Below, in pieces: positions 43,071 to 58,245 of a DNA stretch of 64,000 bases. The notes below the pieces were generated by a model. That model worked only from the letters and a program-made list of their open reading frames with translations. It ran no database searches and was not told where the DNA came from. The first letter of the stretch is position 1. Each line of letters begins with the position of its first letter. This DNA is from Flaccisagitta enflata. Lineage: Eukaryota. Location: the NCBI GenBank assembly GCA_965153355.1, contig OZ231126.1, positions 34,162,001 to 34,226,000 of the forward strand, in the 5' to 3' direction. Position numbers and translations under genes: made by a program.

Positions 43071-44353
43071 CTTCTTACACACGCGATGACTGTTTCTCAC
43101 ACACACACACACTGACTGTGACTGTGACTGTGACTGTGTGTGTAAGAAACAACTAGTGGCGTTCGCCATATTGTGTTCCACGAAAACTTGATTGGGCGTG
43201 AAAAAGAAAGGCAATAATTCATAAAACACTCCTAATAATTATTACCCGACAAATCTGTGTCTAGATAATGGCCGCCTGTGGGCGGCCTAACTACCACCTC
43301 ACTGCCACCTATAGGCGCCCTCACTGCCGCCTGTGCGCGGTCCCACTGCCGCCTGTGGGCGGTCCCACTGCCACCTGTGGGCGGTCCCACTGCCGCCTGT
43401 GGGCGGTCCCACTGCCACTTGTGGGTGATCCCACTGCCATATCAGTGAATTCTGGGCTGTGTACCATACATTAAAGTTAAAGGTGGTGTGACATACATCG
43501 AAGTATCCTGGGTTGCGTGACATGTATCGTAGAAAACTGGGTGGTATGACATATATCAGAGAAAACTGGGTGGTGTGACATACATCGGAGAATTCTGGGT
43601 TGTGTGACATACATCGGAGAAGACTGGGTGGTGTGACAAACATTGGAGAATACTGCAGCTTGGTATAATTGAAATCGCTAAAATCGACGACTGCCCATTT
43701 TGGTGTTGTTGAAATCGCCGACTTTAGCGATTTTATGGCACCCTTATATATGTAAAAACTGAAAAAAACATGTTTTTTTAATTTTTCTCAAAATACGTAC
43801 TCTTCGATTTTCTTCATTTTTTGGTCAAATATGCCCCTTGAGCTGATAAGCATTGGAAAGAAAAAAATTGGAATACTCCTCGTCTCTAAATGTGGAAAAA
43901 CATTGTTAAAATATTTTGTTGTTAAAATCGTTAATTTCAACGACTTCAAATTTGCTTTGTTTTCAGTGATCATAAAGTCGCTAAAATCAGCGACTTTAGC
44001 AAGGCCAAATTTGCGACTTTTACTTCCTTTGTCTAGGGGCCACTCAATAAGTCGACTGTTTTTTGGCAACTAAGAAAAGCCTCAATTATGTATAAGAATG
44101 AAGAGGAAATTTTATTTTATTTTTACAATTCCACTACAAGAGAACGAGAGAGCAGGCAGGAAGACAATAGTACACAAGGCGTTGTGAATCTAGTTCTAAG
44201 ATTGATTTGACTCTTTGCTTCAAAATCTTCCGCCGCCGGTGATGCATGATCATATCGTAATGACGTCTTTCAGATACTTGCATCCGTCCGACAAGATGGC
44301 GAGTAACACCAATGCTTTGAATGAGGAAAAAGTCATTGTGCACCGTTTCCCGC

Positions 44354-44471
<118 letters not shown>

Positions 44472-44783
44472 CGCATCTAAAAGAAATTGATATATCGAAA
44501 AGCTGGTGTGGTTCTCTAGATCTTGTATAAAAGGATTTTGTCAGTCTGTCTGTAAACCTGACAACCCATTTGATGGTTATAACAATATAGGCAATTGGTC
44601 CGTATCCATCACCGTATCTAAATATTTGAATTGGTCATTATACATCGACAATAGAGTTGATGACGATTGCCCGAATTGATAGCATTTTGAAGGAAATAGG
44701 GAGAAAACTCAGCCATCGTTTCAGCATTCATTCAGTCTTACTCTTCCCACTTAATTACACTGATTGTCTCTTTCAAGGTAAGG

Positions 44784-47700
44784 TTAGATCTTTGTGATGA
44801 TGCTGTCCACAACTTCCCCGGTCTCAAGAAAGCGCTCGTAGAGAATTCTCTGGTTTTCATCTCCCACCTTTTAAAAACAGATTTGGTATTCAGAAAATCT
44901 CATATGTCAGGGTGCAAACAAAGACGAAATTTGATAAGTCAACACATTTTTCCCAACATTATTGAAACTATCAATTTGCACATTTTGCACCCCCACATAT
45001 TATTCTGATACATCATTATCATTATCATTATCATAATCATTATCATTTTCACTCAGCATTCATTTTAAACCTAGATGGCTACAAAAATACAGTCAAGGGC
45101 AAATTACCTCCTCTATGCGTAATAGATTCTCATCCAATAACTCTCCAGTTGGGGAGCTCAATTTTTCACAGCTCAGAAATTTCCCGTCATCTAGGACATA
45201 GACTCTCATATGAGTAGTCATAGCGTTCATACGGCAAGTCTTGTGCCCATCTGAATTACCATGCCTTAAAGGAGAATCGCATTCTTTCTTTTTTGCTTGT
45301 ACGCATATCTAAAAGTTATTTCATCTGGCGGTCTGTTGGGTTGACAGCAGTTGCGTAATTATTGAGAATGCGCAGAACATAAATATCTATCCTATAATTA
45401 GTAATGTACCATTCAAGCACACCTGCTTTTAACGTTAAGACATGATTGCCTGAAAGGGCGTAGAACTTGTCTAATTAGAGATTTAAATCAATAGCCACAC
45501 AGCTACTTCACTACAATATACAATTTTAACTATTGACATATACTATAATGGAACTCAACTGTATATCAAAGCAAAGTCAGATACAAGGCAACCCTAGTCA
45601 TGGACGGATGATCAGGAATTGAAAACATTAAGAAACAAATTAGCGACCAACCAATTATAATCAATATGATGGGTTTAATAGTCATGTGTCCATGGGTGCC
45701 GTGGGTTTCAAAGTTTTTTTTTTCAAGATGAAGATGGCCTTTTTTATGGTACTCATTGAAAAGTCTTTCAAAGGCTAAACATAAGGCTGGTGTCATGCTA
45801 AGCCAACCATGGACGGGGTGAAATTCATCAATTTTACATGTTTGCAAATTGAGCAAAACCATAAGTCATCATGTAGCTTAGCTATTATTACATATGGATC
45901 CATACTTGGATTTACTTAAGTACGCTCATTTTTCATGCAAATTAGGCTTAAATAGATACTGTTGGCAATTATATTACTAGAAAAATTAGCTAAATACAAT
46001 TAAGAAATCAATATGACAGTGAAATTCTTAATGATAACGTCCAAGCAAACATGTGTGATCATGTTTCTGAAATTTTTTTGAATTTTTAAAGTTTTTTAAA
46101 AAAATCTCTATAAGTACCATTTCTGGCTGGATGGGCTGTTGGAAGAAAAAATTATTTCCCCAAGCTCTTTTTTATGCCCGTGACGAGGAATCTTTGAAGG
46201 AAGCTTCATGCAAAATTTTAACCAGATCGGACGATTATTTTAGAAGTTATGCCATTTTTTCATTTTTTCATCTGGTAGGCTGGTTGGTCTGGTTGGACTA
46301 CTCGACATTCTTTACGTCGCATCAGAATTTAGGCAAAGGACCCTGTTGGTCCAGGTATCAACCATGCAAAATTTCAACGGGCTAGCTCAAACAGATACTG
46401 AGATATGCCAATTTTGATTTTAAGAAATTTTACCAAATTAAGAAACAAAAGCATCGCGCATTTGTGTGTGAAGCGCTGTGTGGAAACAAAGAATTAACTA
46501 CGATGAGCCGTCGATGAGCGTATCAATGCTGTTCACACTTCAGGACCAACAAAATATGAAATTTCATTGTGGCTAAACACTTGAGAGTTAAGATTTCAAA
46601 TTATCAGGGTAGAATCAAAATTTCACGCTCTTTCACATGGTGTTGTCAGTAATCATGTGAATTGTGTCACTTTGACACAATAGTGGCATATCTAAAGCGT
46701 TAGGTAAGCGTTAGGAAGAAGTTTAGGGGTGTGCGCGAATTGATACGCTTCAAGAAAAATGCTGTTTCTCTGCTTAGGATCAATCCAGTAACATGAAAAT
46801 GGAGGGGAATGCCCTTCAAGTAGTTGTCCAACGAATGGCAAAAGAAAAAATGCTTAATGTTAAAGACAAAGGAGGTTTTAAAAGATAAGTATCATGATAT
46901 TCAGCCTTGAGAGAAAAAAAAGCAAAAAAATCGAGAAGGGTTAAATCTGATTTATTTACCATTTTTTGGTAACTTATCGTTGGCGTAATGAGTTAAATCT
47001 TTTTGTGTATGCTGTTGGATTGATACTGGTCAGGGAAAACTCATAATTTCATACAACAAGACATTTTTTGATTGGTATTGCTTGCTTTTTTCTACTGGAG
47101 ACAGAATGGAGACATGCCAAAAATAGCCCTTTGATTGAATTTTTGGACCCCCTAGGGGTTGGGAGGGTCACAAAAAAAGGTCTGAAATTGTGCACTGGGT
47201 AGTTATGGATGTATTTGAACCGTTAAAATCATTTACAATGATGTACCGGAAGCTTGAGCTAACATAGATTGGCAGAAAGTCGGGCCCTCAAGCATGCTGT
47301 GGAACCGTGACATTTGCCATAACTAAACTAAACTAGAAGCCATACTAAACCCAAAAATATTATTTGGAGATACATGGACCGTTTCTTTGATAGCCCCTTT
47401 CCTCATCAGCATTAACATCATTCTCAAACTCACCGGGATATTGGCAACCATTGATTTATACTAGACAATAAATCTTTCGTCAAATTAAAAGATCTGCACG
47501 CATTCAACCAGGCTTTGTGAGATGGAGCCCAGCTTAGGTGTTGCTTTAGATCTTTATTCACCCATTCGACAATGAAGTCAAATCCTTCGCAGGTTGTCTT
47601 GTCAGAACTTCCCTTTCCTTCAATCTTCAAACCAATGGTGCTTTTATACTGCTGGTACATTTCTAATGGCATTTGTGCAAGATCGAAATCAAGATACAAA

Positions 47701-49674
47701 TTTAGTTTTCGGTAGATTGGATGCTGTTTTGCGAAAAAAAGATTCTTCAACATTGACTTTCCCACCCAGAAATATGTAAAATTGCATTGTCTAATGCCAG
47801 CTTTCAAGACAAAGTAGCCCAGACAGTGCTCAAAGGTAACCTGAGCCAGCAACTTAACATTTTTGTCGTTCGTTGTTTTGATAAAGCTTTCAAAATGCTC
47901 AAATGTTTCCTCCTTGGGATTTGAATCTATGAAGCGCTTGACTAAGATTTCCGAACCACATTGAAGCATTAAGCCTGAATTGTGAAAAAAATACATGTTC
48001 TTTTTTTTCCATCTAAACTCATGTGCATGTTTTTTAGATACATCCTAATATTTGTTTACTCTTTTACTTCTTGCCTTTCCCACCATTCCATCCAACATGA
48101 TGTCTTTCTATTGTGCCCCCAGTAAAAAAGCGGAAATTGGCATTGTTTGGCACTACCGTCAGTACCACTTTTGAATTTGAAGTCACTCGTATGAAATTCT
48201 GGCAAACGTGAAGGAGACAGCCGCACTTATGTAAACATATGTTTTGGCATTTTTTCATGCGACGCCACTCTGACACTGAATTTTTAGCGACAACCCCACC
48301 CCTAAGCGACCCCTTAGCGACAACCCTACCCCTAGACCCAAACCTACCCTTAAACCCAACCCTACCCTTAAATTCAACCCCACCCCTAAACTCAACCCTA
48401 CCCCTAAACTCAACCCTACCCCTAAAGTCAACTCAACCCCTAAACTCAACAGTACTCCTTAACTGAACCCTACCCCAAATCCCAGCCCTGCCCCTAAAAC
48501 CAACCCTACCCCTAAACCCAACCCAACCCCTGAATTGGTGATTAAACTAAGGTTGGAAAGGTATAAACTTAGTGCGGCCGTCTCCTTCACGTAGACCAAA
48601 ATTCCTTTGGTGCTTACCTACAGCCTGATCCGTTTTATGTAGATCAGAACATGATTGGGCAACAATAAGTGCACTGGGAGATTCATAACCCAATTCAATG
48701 AATATAGCTTTGAAGTATGCAGTCCAATAGGTATTAACGATAGACTTCGCGGCATTCATGCGCAAATGATCTACTCCCGGAAGTACACAAAGCCAGTCAA
48801 AAGTAGGATAATAATCGGGTACTGAGTCATTGTGAACATCTGCAAAATGTTTTGTTACCAAGTCTTTACCATAGAAGTCTTCTCCACAAAGCTTGCATCG
48901 TTTCATCTTGTTTTTCAGGTCATATAACTGAGGAAATCAAATATGGATTTTCAGTTTTACAAAAAAAAAATCTTTAGAATCCGAAGAGTTTGATTTATTT
49001 CTGAGTGTACTGAAACTTTTTTTTCTGTCTTAAATCATGCTAAATATGACAAGTTGAACATGTGAAATAGCTCGACAATTCACTTGGTCACTTTGGATTT
49101 ATAAAAACAAGGCCGGATACACGGCAATCCGGTCGCAAGAGCAGTAATGCGAAAACCACTCTTCAAAAATGTTATGTTACGAACCGACGAACCGACTGTC
49201 CAACACGGCAAGGTGTAGAGTCGCGTGTCTGCGACTAAAAACATCAAAAACATTACTAAAAGAGAAAGATGATTTGAAATCACGGTCTGGTCGCAATTAC
49301 CTCTCCCATTCAAGAATTTCTAAAGATGGTGGAAAAATTGATCGGGAACCTAGAAAAGGTCATGCTTCACACACCTGATTTGCAATTGCTGCATCTGCTG
49401 CAACATAGCACCATTTTCTATCCACAGATTTGCCATCCTGATGATCCAATGATGACGATTCATTATCAATTTCTGCACAAGTTTTTAGGTGATGACATAA
49501 TGCTAGTATATTGTGTTTACTGTTTGGGTTGGCGAGAAGTGGGTCAAACAATGTTACTTTATGAGCGCTTTCTGGGTGATTATTGGGAACGTGATTGTAG
49601 TGAGCAGTTGCGTTCCAAATTTCAATGACATATGTAGAATACCCGGATAGTGATATCCAGATAAAATATCCAAA
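44784..49674 (-). pseudogene. Spliced Academ-like DDE transposase, 5'-truncated
   Basis: Exons ~49674-49375, 48927-48618, 47974-47434, 45264-45108, 44867-44784; four GT-AG introns with matching phases (0,1,2,0). Motifs DPLLANPNS, WCYVAADAAIA, LPGVDHLRMN, HPIY, EGFDFIVEWVNKDLK. No acceptor or start visible for the first exon. Confidence 0.75.
48201..48597. mobile_element. TIR element with AACCCTACCCCTA minisatellite, inside a transposase intron
   Basis: GGCAAACGTGAAGGAGACAGCCGCACT ... AGTGCGGCCGTCTCCTTCACGTAGACC; related to 14400-15553. Confidence 0.7.
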
Positions 49675-50084
49675 TCATATGGTGAATGCAGACGCACCCA
49701 TAGTATAGGTCTAAATCCTGCTCACACTCTAACAGACCTGCATACAGACAAACACAGTTTTATAGAGTTGCAAGGGCGTGGCTAGAAACGGCAAAGAAAA
49801 AGAAGGAAAAAAAAACATTCTGAGACACTTTATTCTTCGATATGAGGCCAATCTAGCTGCTCAGATATGCGCTGTAAGGCAAACATTCCCAAGTTATCTT
49901 TTGTAGGTGTGCCTCATTTGAGAATTCGTGAATGAACAAATAAGTGAATGAAGGATTGATTGAAAAAAAAGAATGAATGAATTGAAGGAAGGAATCAGTG
50001 AATGAATGAATAAATTGATGACTTACGTTCGAAGACTGATTGGATGAATCTATGATGGCAATAGTGGTAATAGGAATGAGTGAA

Positions 50085-50350
50085 AGTGATAATGAGATTG
50101 CCCTTTTCATCCAGTTGGACATCAGACTGTTGAATCAAATCATCAACGACCAAACAACCATTCCAGGGATGGGCTGAAAGGTGATCAATAAAAATCACAA
50201 AGAATTGAAGACTTCGTTAGAATGTGTTGAATTTGACTGGGTGGCTTTCCATGCCAGACAATCAGTACCCCAGGTATCATGGTAGCATTTGCCCATTTAG
50301 TCCAAATGGACATCGCTAGGGTCCAAATCAGACCGTCGAAATGATGGTAG
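50085..50350 (-). pseudogene. Possible upstream exon remnants of the same transposase
   Basis: Coding-like stretches YNYHHFDGLIWTLAMSIWTKWANATMIPG and, after a tttcag acceptor, HPWNGCLVVDDLIQQSDVQLDEKGNLIITF; phases could not be reconciled. Confidence 0.35.
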
Positions 50351-50742
50351 TTATAATGTATTACAGATGGTAGTGAAACAACGACTTTGGAGTGTCAAAA
50401 TCGCTGATTTTAGCGACTTTATGATCACTGAAAACAAAGCAAATTTGAAGTCGTTGAAATTAACGATTTTAACAACAAAATATCTTAACAATGTTTTTCC
50501 ACATTTAGAGACGAGGAGTATTCCAATTTTTTTCTTTCCAATGCTTATCAGCCCAAGGGGCATATTTGACCAAAAAATGAAGAAAATCGAAGAGTACGTA
50601 TTTTGAGAAAAATTAAAAAACATGTTTTTTTCAGTTTTTACATATATAAGGGTGCCATAAAATCGCTAAAGTCGGCGATTTCAACAACACCAAAATGGGC
50701 AGTCGTCGATTTTAGCGATTTCAATTATACCAAGCTGTACTG

Positions 50743-53566
50743 GGCTGTAACATACATCGGAGAAAACTGGGTGGTGTAACATACATTGTAAAATTCTGGG
50801 CTGTGTGACATACATCAGAGAAAACTGGGTGGTGTGACATACATCAATTTCTGGGCTGTGTGACATACATCGGAGAAAACTGGATGGTGTGACATACATT
50901 GGAGAATTCCGGGTTGTGTGACATACATTGGAGAAAACTGGGTGGTGTGACATACATCAGAGAATTCTGTGCTGTGTAACATACATCGGAGAAAACTGGG
51001 TGGTATAACATACATCGGAGAATTTTGGGCTGTGTGACATATATTGGAGAAAACTGGGCGGTGTGACATACATTGGAGAAAATTGGGTGGTGTGACATAC
51101 ATTGGAGAAGACTGGGTGGTGTGACATACATTGGAGAATTCTGGGCTGTGTGACATACATCGGAGAAAACTGGGTGGTGTGACATACAGCAGAAAATTCT
51201 GGGCTGTGTGACATACATCGGAGAAAACTGGGTGGTGTGACATACATCGGAGAATTCTGGGCTGTGTGACATACATCGGAGAAAACTGGGTGGTGTGACA
51301 TACATTGGAAAAAAACTGGGTGGTGTGACATACATCTGAGAAGACTGGGTGGTGTGACATACATCGGAGAAGACTGGGTGGTGTGACATACATCGAAGAA
51401 TTCTGGGCTGTGTGACATACATCGGAGAAAACTGGGTGGTGTGACATACATCAGAGAATTCTAGGCTTTGTGACATACATCAGAAAAAATTGGGTGGTGT
51501 GACATACATCAGAGAATTCTGGGCTGTGTGACGTATATCGGAGAAAACTAGATGGTGTGACATACATTGGAGAATTCTGGGTTGTGTGACATTTATCAAA
51601 GAAAACTGGGTGGTGTGACATACATCGGAGAATTTTGGGCTGTGTGACATACATTGGAGAAAACTGGGTGGTGTGACATACATCGGAGAATTCTGGGCTG
51701 TGTGACATACATCGGAGAAAACTGGGTAGTATGACATACATCGGAGAATTCTGGGCTGTGTGAGATACATCGGAGAAAACTGGGTGGTATAACATACATC
51801 GGAGAATTTTGGGCTGTGTGACATATATTGGAGAAAACTGGGCGGTGTGACATACATTGGAGAAAATTGGGTGGTGTGACATACATTGGAGAAGACTGGG
51901 TGGTGTGACATACATTGGAGAATTCTGGGCTGTGTGACATACATCGGAGAAAACTGGGTGGTGTCACATACATCAGAGAATTCTGGGCTGTGTGACATAC
52001 ATCGGAGAAAACTGGGTGGTGTGACATACATCGGAGAATTCTGGGCTGTGTGACATACATCGGAGAAAACTGGGTGGTGTGACATACATTGGAGAAAACT
52101 GGGTGGTGTGACATACATCGGAGAAGACTGGGTGGTGTGACATACATCGGAGAAGACTGGGTGGTGTGACATACATCGGAGAATTCTGGGCTGTGTGACA
52201 TACATCGGAGAAAACTGGGTGTCGTGACATACATCAGAGAATTCTAGGCTTTGTGACATACATCAGAAAAAATTGGGTGGTGTGACATACATCAGAGAAT
52301 TCTGGGCTGTGTGACGTATATCGGAGAAAACTAGATGGTGTGACATACATTGGAGAATTCTGGGTTGTGTGACATTTATCAAAGAAAACTGGGTGGTGTG
52401 ACATACATCGGAGAATTTTGGGCTGTGTGACATACATTGGAGAAAACTGGGTGGTGTGACATACATCGGAGAATTCTGAGCTGTGTGACATACATCGGAG
52501 AAAACTGGGTAGTGTGACATACATCGGAGAATTCTGGGCTGTGTGAGATACATCGGAGAAAACTGGGTGGTGTGACATACATCGGAGAATTCTGGGCTGT
52601 GTGACGTATATCGGAGAAAACTAGATGGTGTGACATACATTGGAGAATTCTGGGTTGTGTGACATTTATCAAAGAAAACTGGGTGGTGTGACATACATCG
52701 GAGAATTCTGGGCTGTGTGACATACATCCGAGAAAACTGGGTGGTGTGACATACATCGGAGAATTCTGGGCTGTGTGACATACATCGGAGAAAACTGGGT
52801 GGTGTGACATACATCGGAGAATTCTGGGCTGTGTGACATACATCGGAGAAAACTGGGTGGTGTGACATACATTGGAGAATTCTGGGCTGTGTGACATACA
52901 TTGGAGAAAACTGGGTGGTGTGACATACATCGGAGAATTCTGGGCTGTGTGACATACATAGGAGAAAACTGGGTGGTGTGACATACATCGGAGAATTCTG
53001 GGCTGTGTGACATACATTGGAGAAAACTGGGTGGTGTGACATACATCGGAGAATTCTGGGCTGTGTGACATACATTGGAGAAAACTGGGTGGTGTGACAT
53101 ACATCGGACAATTCTGGGCTGTGTGACATACATTGGAGAAAACTGGGTGGTGTGACATACATCGGAGAATTCTGGGCTGTGTGACATACATTGGAGAAAA
53201 CTGGGTGGTGTGACATACATCGGAGAATTCTGGGCTGTGTGACATACATCGGAGAAAACTGGGCGGTGTGATATACATCGGTGAATTCTGGGCTGTGTGA
53301 CATACATTGGAGAAAACTGGGTGGTGTGACATACATCAGAGAATTTTGGGCTGTGTGACATACATTGGAGAAAACTGGGTGGTGTGACATACATTGGAGA
53401 ATTCTGGGCTGTGTGACATACATCGGAGAAAACTGGGTGGTGTGACATACATCGGAGAATTCTGGGCTGTGTGACATACATTGGAGAAAACTGGCTGGTG
53501 TGACATACATCGGAGAATTCTGGGCTGTGTGACATACATCGGAGAAAACTGGGTTGTGTGACATAC
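50743..53566. repeat. 29-bp satellite with a 58-bp dimer and ~783-bp higher-order repeat
   Basis: Alternating GGTGGTGTGACATACATCGGAGAATTCTG / GGCTGTGTGACATACATCGGAGAAAACTG; the array continues at ~43480-43655 on the other side of the insertion. Confidence 0.95.
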
Positions 53567-53635
53567 GTACGTACGTACGGACGGAGAAATTCTGAAACTT
53601 TAGTGTTCCACTATCGTGGAACACAATGACTGTTT

Positions 53636-53858
<223 letters not shown>

Positions 53859-55050
53859 GAATAGTGGAGAGTGGAGACTAATGACTTCCAGGCAAAGGGA
53901 TGTTTTTTTCTTCTTTTTCTGATTAAAGCGAATACAAATGATGTTCGATTCCTCTTCATTGCCTGCAGCGATCTCTGGCGTATTTTCTTTCTGTTACAAC
54001 GAGCAAATGTCCAACCAAATCCAACCATAAGCTTTGAAAGTAAGTGTTGAAGACCAACCAACTGAACAATCAAAACTAGCTATACAAACATGACCAATCA
54101 AATTCTACTTTAAGCGGTAAAAATGTATGTTTATATACCAACCGGCCGAACAATCAAAACTAGCTGACATGACCAATGATATCTAACCTCAATCTGGAAC
54201 ATTACTACTCAACAATATCTGAAATAAGGACAAGAGCCTTTGGAGCTCTTACTGGTGTTTAATCCGGACCCATCACAACTATCCCAACTATCACAACTAT
54301 CACACTTATGAGTTATGTAACACTTATGTCACTCTGGTTTGAATCAAGTATCCAACAAATGGCTGCGCCAACCAATTTAGCGCCAACTAACAATGACAAA
54401 TTGTGGAACCAACTAAGTAGCGTGTCCAACCAAAGTCAATCCGGAGCTCGTCCAACCAATTGCCTTTTCATGAGTTAGATGAACCCCGCTTATAACCAAA
54501 AAATACATTTGCTTAACCAGCCCGTCCAGGCTTCAGTGAGCGTGGGCCAATATAGGTGATTTTTTTGGTGATGAGGGGGTGATTGGGGGTGACAGGTATT
54601 TATTTTTCGTGGTGGTGGGATTTGGGGCAGTTTGTAGGTGAATTGGTGGTGATGAGGGGGTGATTGGGGGGGTGACAGGTATTTATTTTTCGTGGTGGTG
54701 GGATTTGGAGCAGTGTGCAATGGTCACGCAGCGTGGCTAACCGAGTCTTCGCATGAATACCGTCGCGTCTCAACCTTTTTTTTTTTTAAAGAGATTGGAT
54801 TTATTCAATTATCTTTTTCCTACTCTGGATTAACCCTTTCTCTTGATCTTCCATTGTTCATTCCTGAATATTTTCCGCGATTCTTTTTACACACTCCCAG
54901 CACAGGCTGTGGCTCAACCTCAAGTACGGAATCAAACCTGATCCCTGATCAATGATCGGCGGGCAGTTTACACCATTTGTGATTGTTCAATAGTCTTACC
55001 CATTGGCGCCATACAAATGGGCATTCCGTCTCTTCGATTTTATTCATTGC

Positions 55051-55485
<435 letters not shown>

Positions 55486-55795
55486 TGTGCTGTTTTTATC
55501 AGTCAAATGTCATCTTTGTTACTTCTTGGTCGTAGTTGCAACTGCCGTAGTCTGTGTTGTTGATCTGGTTGTTGTTGTTCTGATTGACTTCCATTTCCGT
55601 TTATATGAATGGGTTATCACACTACCCTTTTTTTAACAACAACGATCACCATTACTTTCCGCCTTCCGGTCAATCGCTTCAGTCGTAAAAGTCTTGCTGA
55701 CGTCAGCCGTTTTGACCCCCCCCTTTGCTCTTCCTCCTCCCTCTTCTCGGCTCCTTCTTCTCACCTTTCCCCATACTCAAACATACAAACAAACG

Positions 55796-55919
<124 letters not shown>

Positions 55920-56774
55920 GTGACGTAACACACTCAGTCTTTTTTTAGACCAATTTTTTCTCTCCTTGAATGATTGTCTTGGATGAAGACAGATCACTGA
56001 TTTGTCCAAACAGTCGGTCTTCTCTTGCCTTGTCTTGGTCAGCATTTGGTGAGAGGGCGGTTATCAGAAGATTTGTTTGAAGTGGAAAAACCGATTTAAC
56101 TTCGACCCAGTTGAAGCGTGTTGGATGTCATTAGACCCATCAGACAGAAAATGCGCCTAGCAGGCCAAACAATGGCCTTAGAAGTGAATCCTGCCGGATA
56201 AGTAACTGGGCTCAGAGAAAGTTGGGATTTCTTAGATTCATTACTGTATATTTGACTGTGTTTTGACGCCAAAAAATCTTCTTTCATTTACGTTTCTTTT
56301 TTCTTTTTATTTCTATAGTAGTTTCAATTAGGTATTCATCATTATATTATTTATATGCATGCACCCGCAGTAGCAACTCCACAGGGCTTTGCAATAACGC
56401 AATATACAGACTGATACGCTAAATATTTTGACGTCGACGTATGAGGACAGAGCACAAACAAATATGTATATTGACTTACTGAAGTAGACATGGATGGATG
56501 CAGGGCAAGTTGGATTCGGATACCGGGACACAAAAAATTCACCATGGGACCGCAGACTAGAGGCGCAAGTCTTCATGCAAGTTTCGACTAAAGTCTTATG
56601 TCACACCTCAACTTAACTCTTAAATGGGATGTCTTAGCCTATATCTCAACTCTCCTCTCGAGACTCAAGTCCGTGGCCTTTCTTCGATATTTCCGTTTCC
56701 TCGTCTGCGCCCATGAATTTGTAATGAAAATTTGAAGCCACACCCGCCACAGGTTGTCGACGAGTCGTCTCCAA

Positions 56775-56863
<89 letters not shown>

Positions 56864-57031
56864 AGTATCTGTCGCTGTATATATCAGTCTGTTAACTCTG
56901 TTTGTCAACCAGTTGTCTACAGGTCTCTCCTCGTCTTCAAATATGAATGTGCACTTCCCTTTTTGTCGGGCAACTAATCTGCCTTTAAATTATGTCTCTT
57001 TGGTGCCTTTTGTGTATGCTCTGTGTATCCC

Positions 57032-57134
<103 letters not shown>

Positions 57135-57339
57135 TTTCGTGTGGCCGCGTCTGTCATTGCTATATCGGTAAGTTGGCCTCTTCTCCTCCTGCTCGCCTTC
57201 GCCGCCTCACCACCTTTAACTGGCCTCCTCCTCCCCGCCTTCTCCTCCTCGCCTCCGCCTTGTCGCTGATCTTTGCCACCTCCAGCGCATCGATCGATGA
57301 TTCCCCTCAGGTGGCAGCAGCGCGTCTTATTCCCATTCT

Positions 57340-57765
57340 GTCATTTTCTCTCACGGTCACTTTCACTCACTGTCTGTTTCTTTTTTCCTTGTTATTTTCT
57401 CTCCGAATCATTTTCTTTTATCCTTGTCATTTTCTCTCACTCACTGTCATTTTCTTTTTTCCTCGTCATTTTCTCTACGAATCATTTTCTTTTTTCCTTG
57501 TCATTTTCTCTCACTCACTGTCATTTTCTTTTTTCCTTGTTATTTTCTCTCCGAATCATTTTCTTTTATCCTTATCATTTTGTCTCACTCACTGTCATTT
57601 TTTTTCCCTCATCATTTTCTCTACAAATCATTTTCTTTTTTCCTTGTCATTTTCTCTCACTCACTGTCATTTTCTTTTTCCTTGACATTTTCTCTCCGAA
57701 TCATTTTCTCTCACTCAAGTCATTTTCTTTTTTCCTTGTCATTTTCTCTCCAAAACATTTTCTTT
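57340..57765. repeat. Degenerate pyrimidine-rich minisatellite (tcattttctttttccttg / tcactcactg / ccgaat)
   Basis: Recurring composite units of roughly 70 bp. Confidence 0.75.
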
Positions 57766-58245
57766 CCATGCCCAGCTTTTTTGTCCCTTTTTTATACTTC
57801 GATTTTGAAGCTGTGTTTCTTTTTTTTTCTTGACATTTTGCTTCAAACGACCTTGTTGTATGGAGCAGATCAATTCTATTTCCCCATAATATCATAGATG
57901 TTTAATGTGATTCTTGTCTTGTCTTGTCTTGTCCATCGAAAAACAATTCATTGTAAAATGCAGCCAATCCCCAGACTCTGCGCGCGCCTTGTTTCTGCCT
58001 CCTCCACCTCTTATGATGTATTTCTGTCTTACTCACGGCGCAATTAATCAGTCCCTTTTTTTCACTGCTTTTGCACATATGTATCTACAAGATGTAATTA
58101 TGAACTTTTATCGATCCAGTAGGAACATCAGTTATACATACTCTTGACACTTACAGTCATTTCTTAGCCTCGTCACACTCGTAATGGCACATTATTCTGT
58201 GTTTCCGCCTTCTCCCCGACTTGGCTCTCCCTTGACAATTCATTG

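Noticed and set aside
43788-44073. Duplicated 80-93-aa ORFs also seen at 50351-50623
   Set aside because: They are simply the two TIRs of the transposon.
50743-53566. CRISPR-like array of 29-bp repeats
   Set aside because: Units are contiguous with no unique spacers, there are no cas genes, and the context is eukaryotic.
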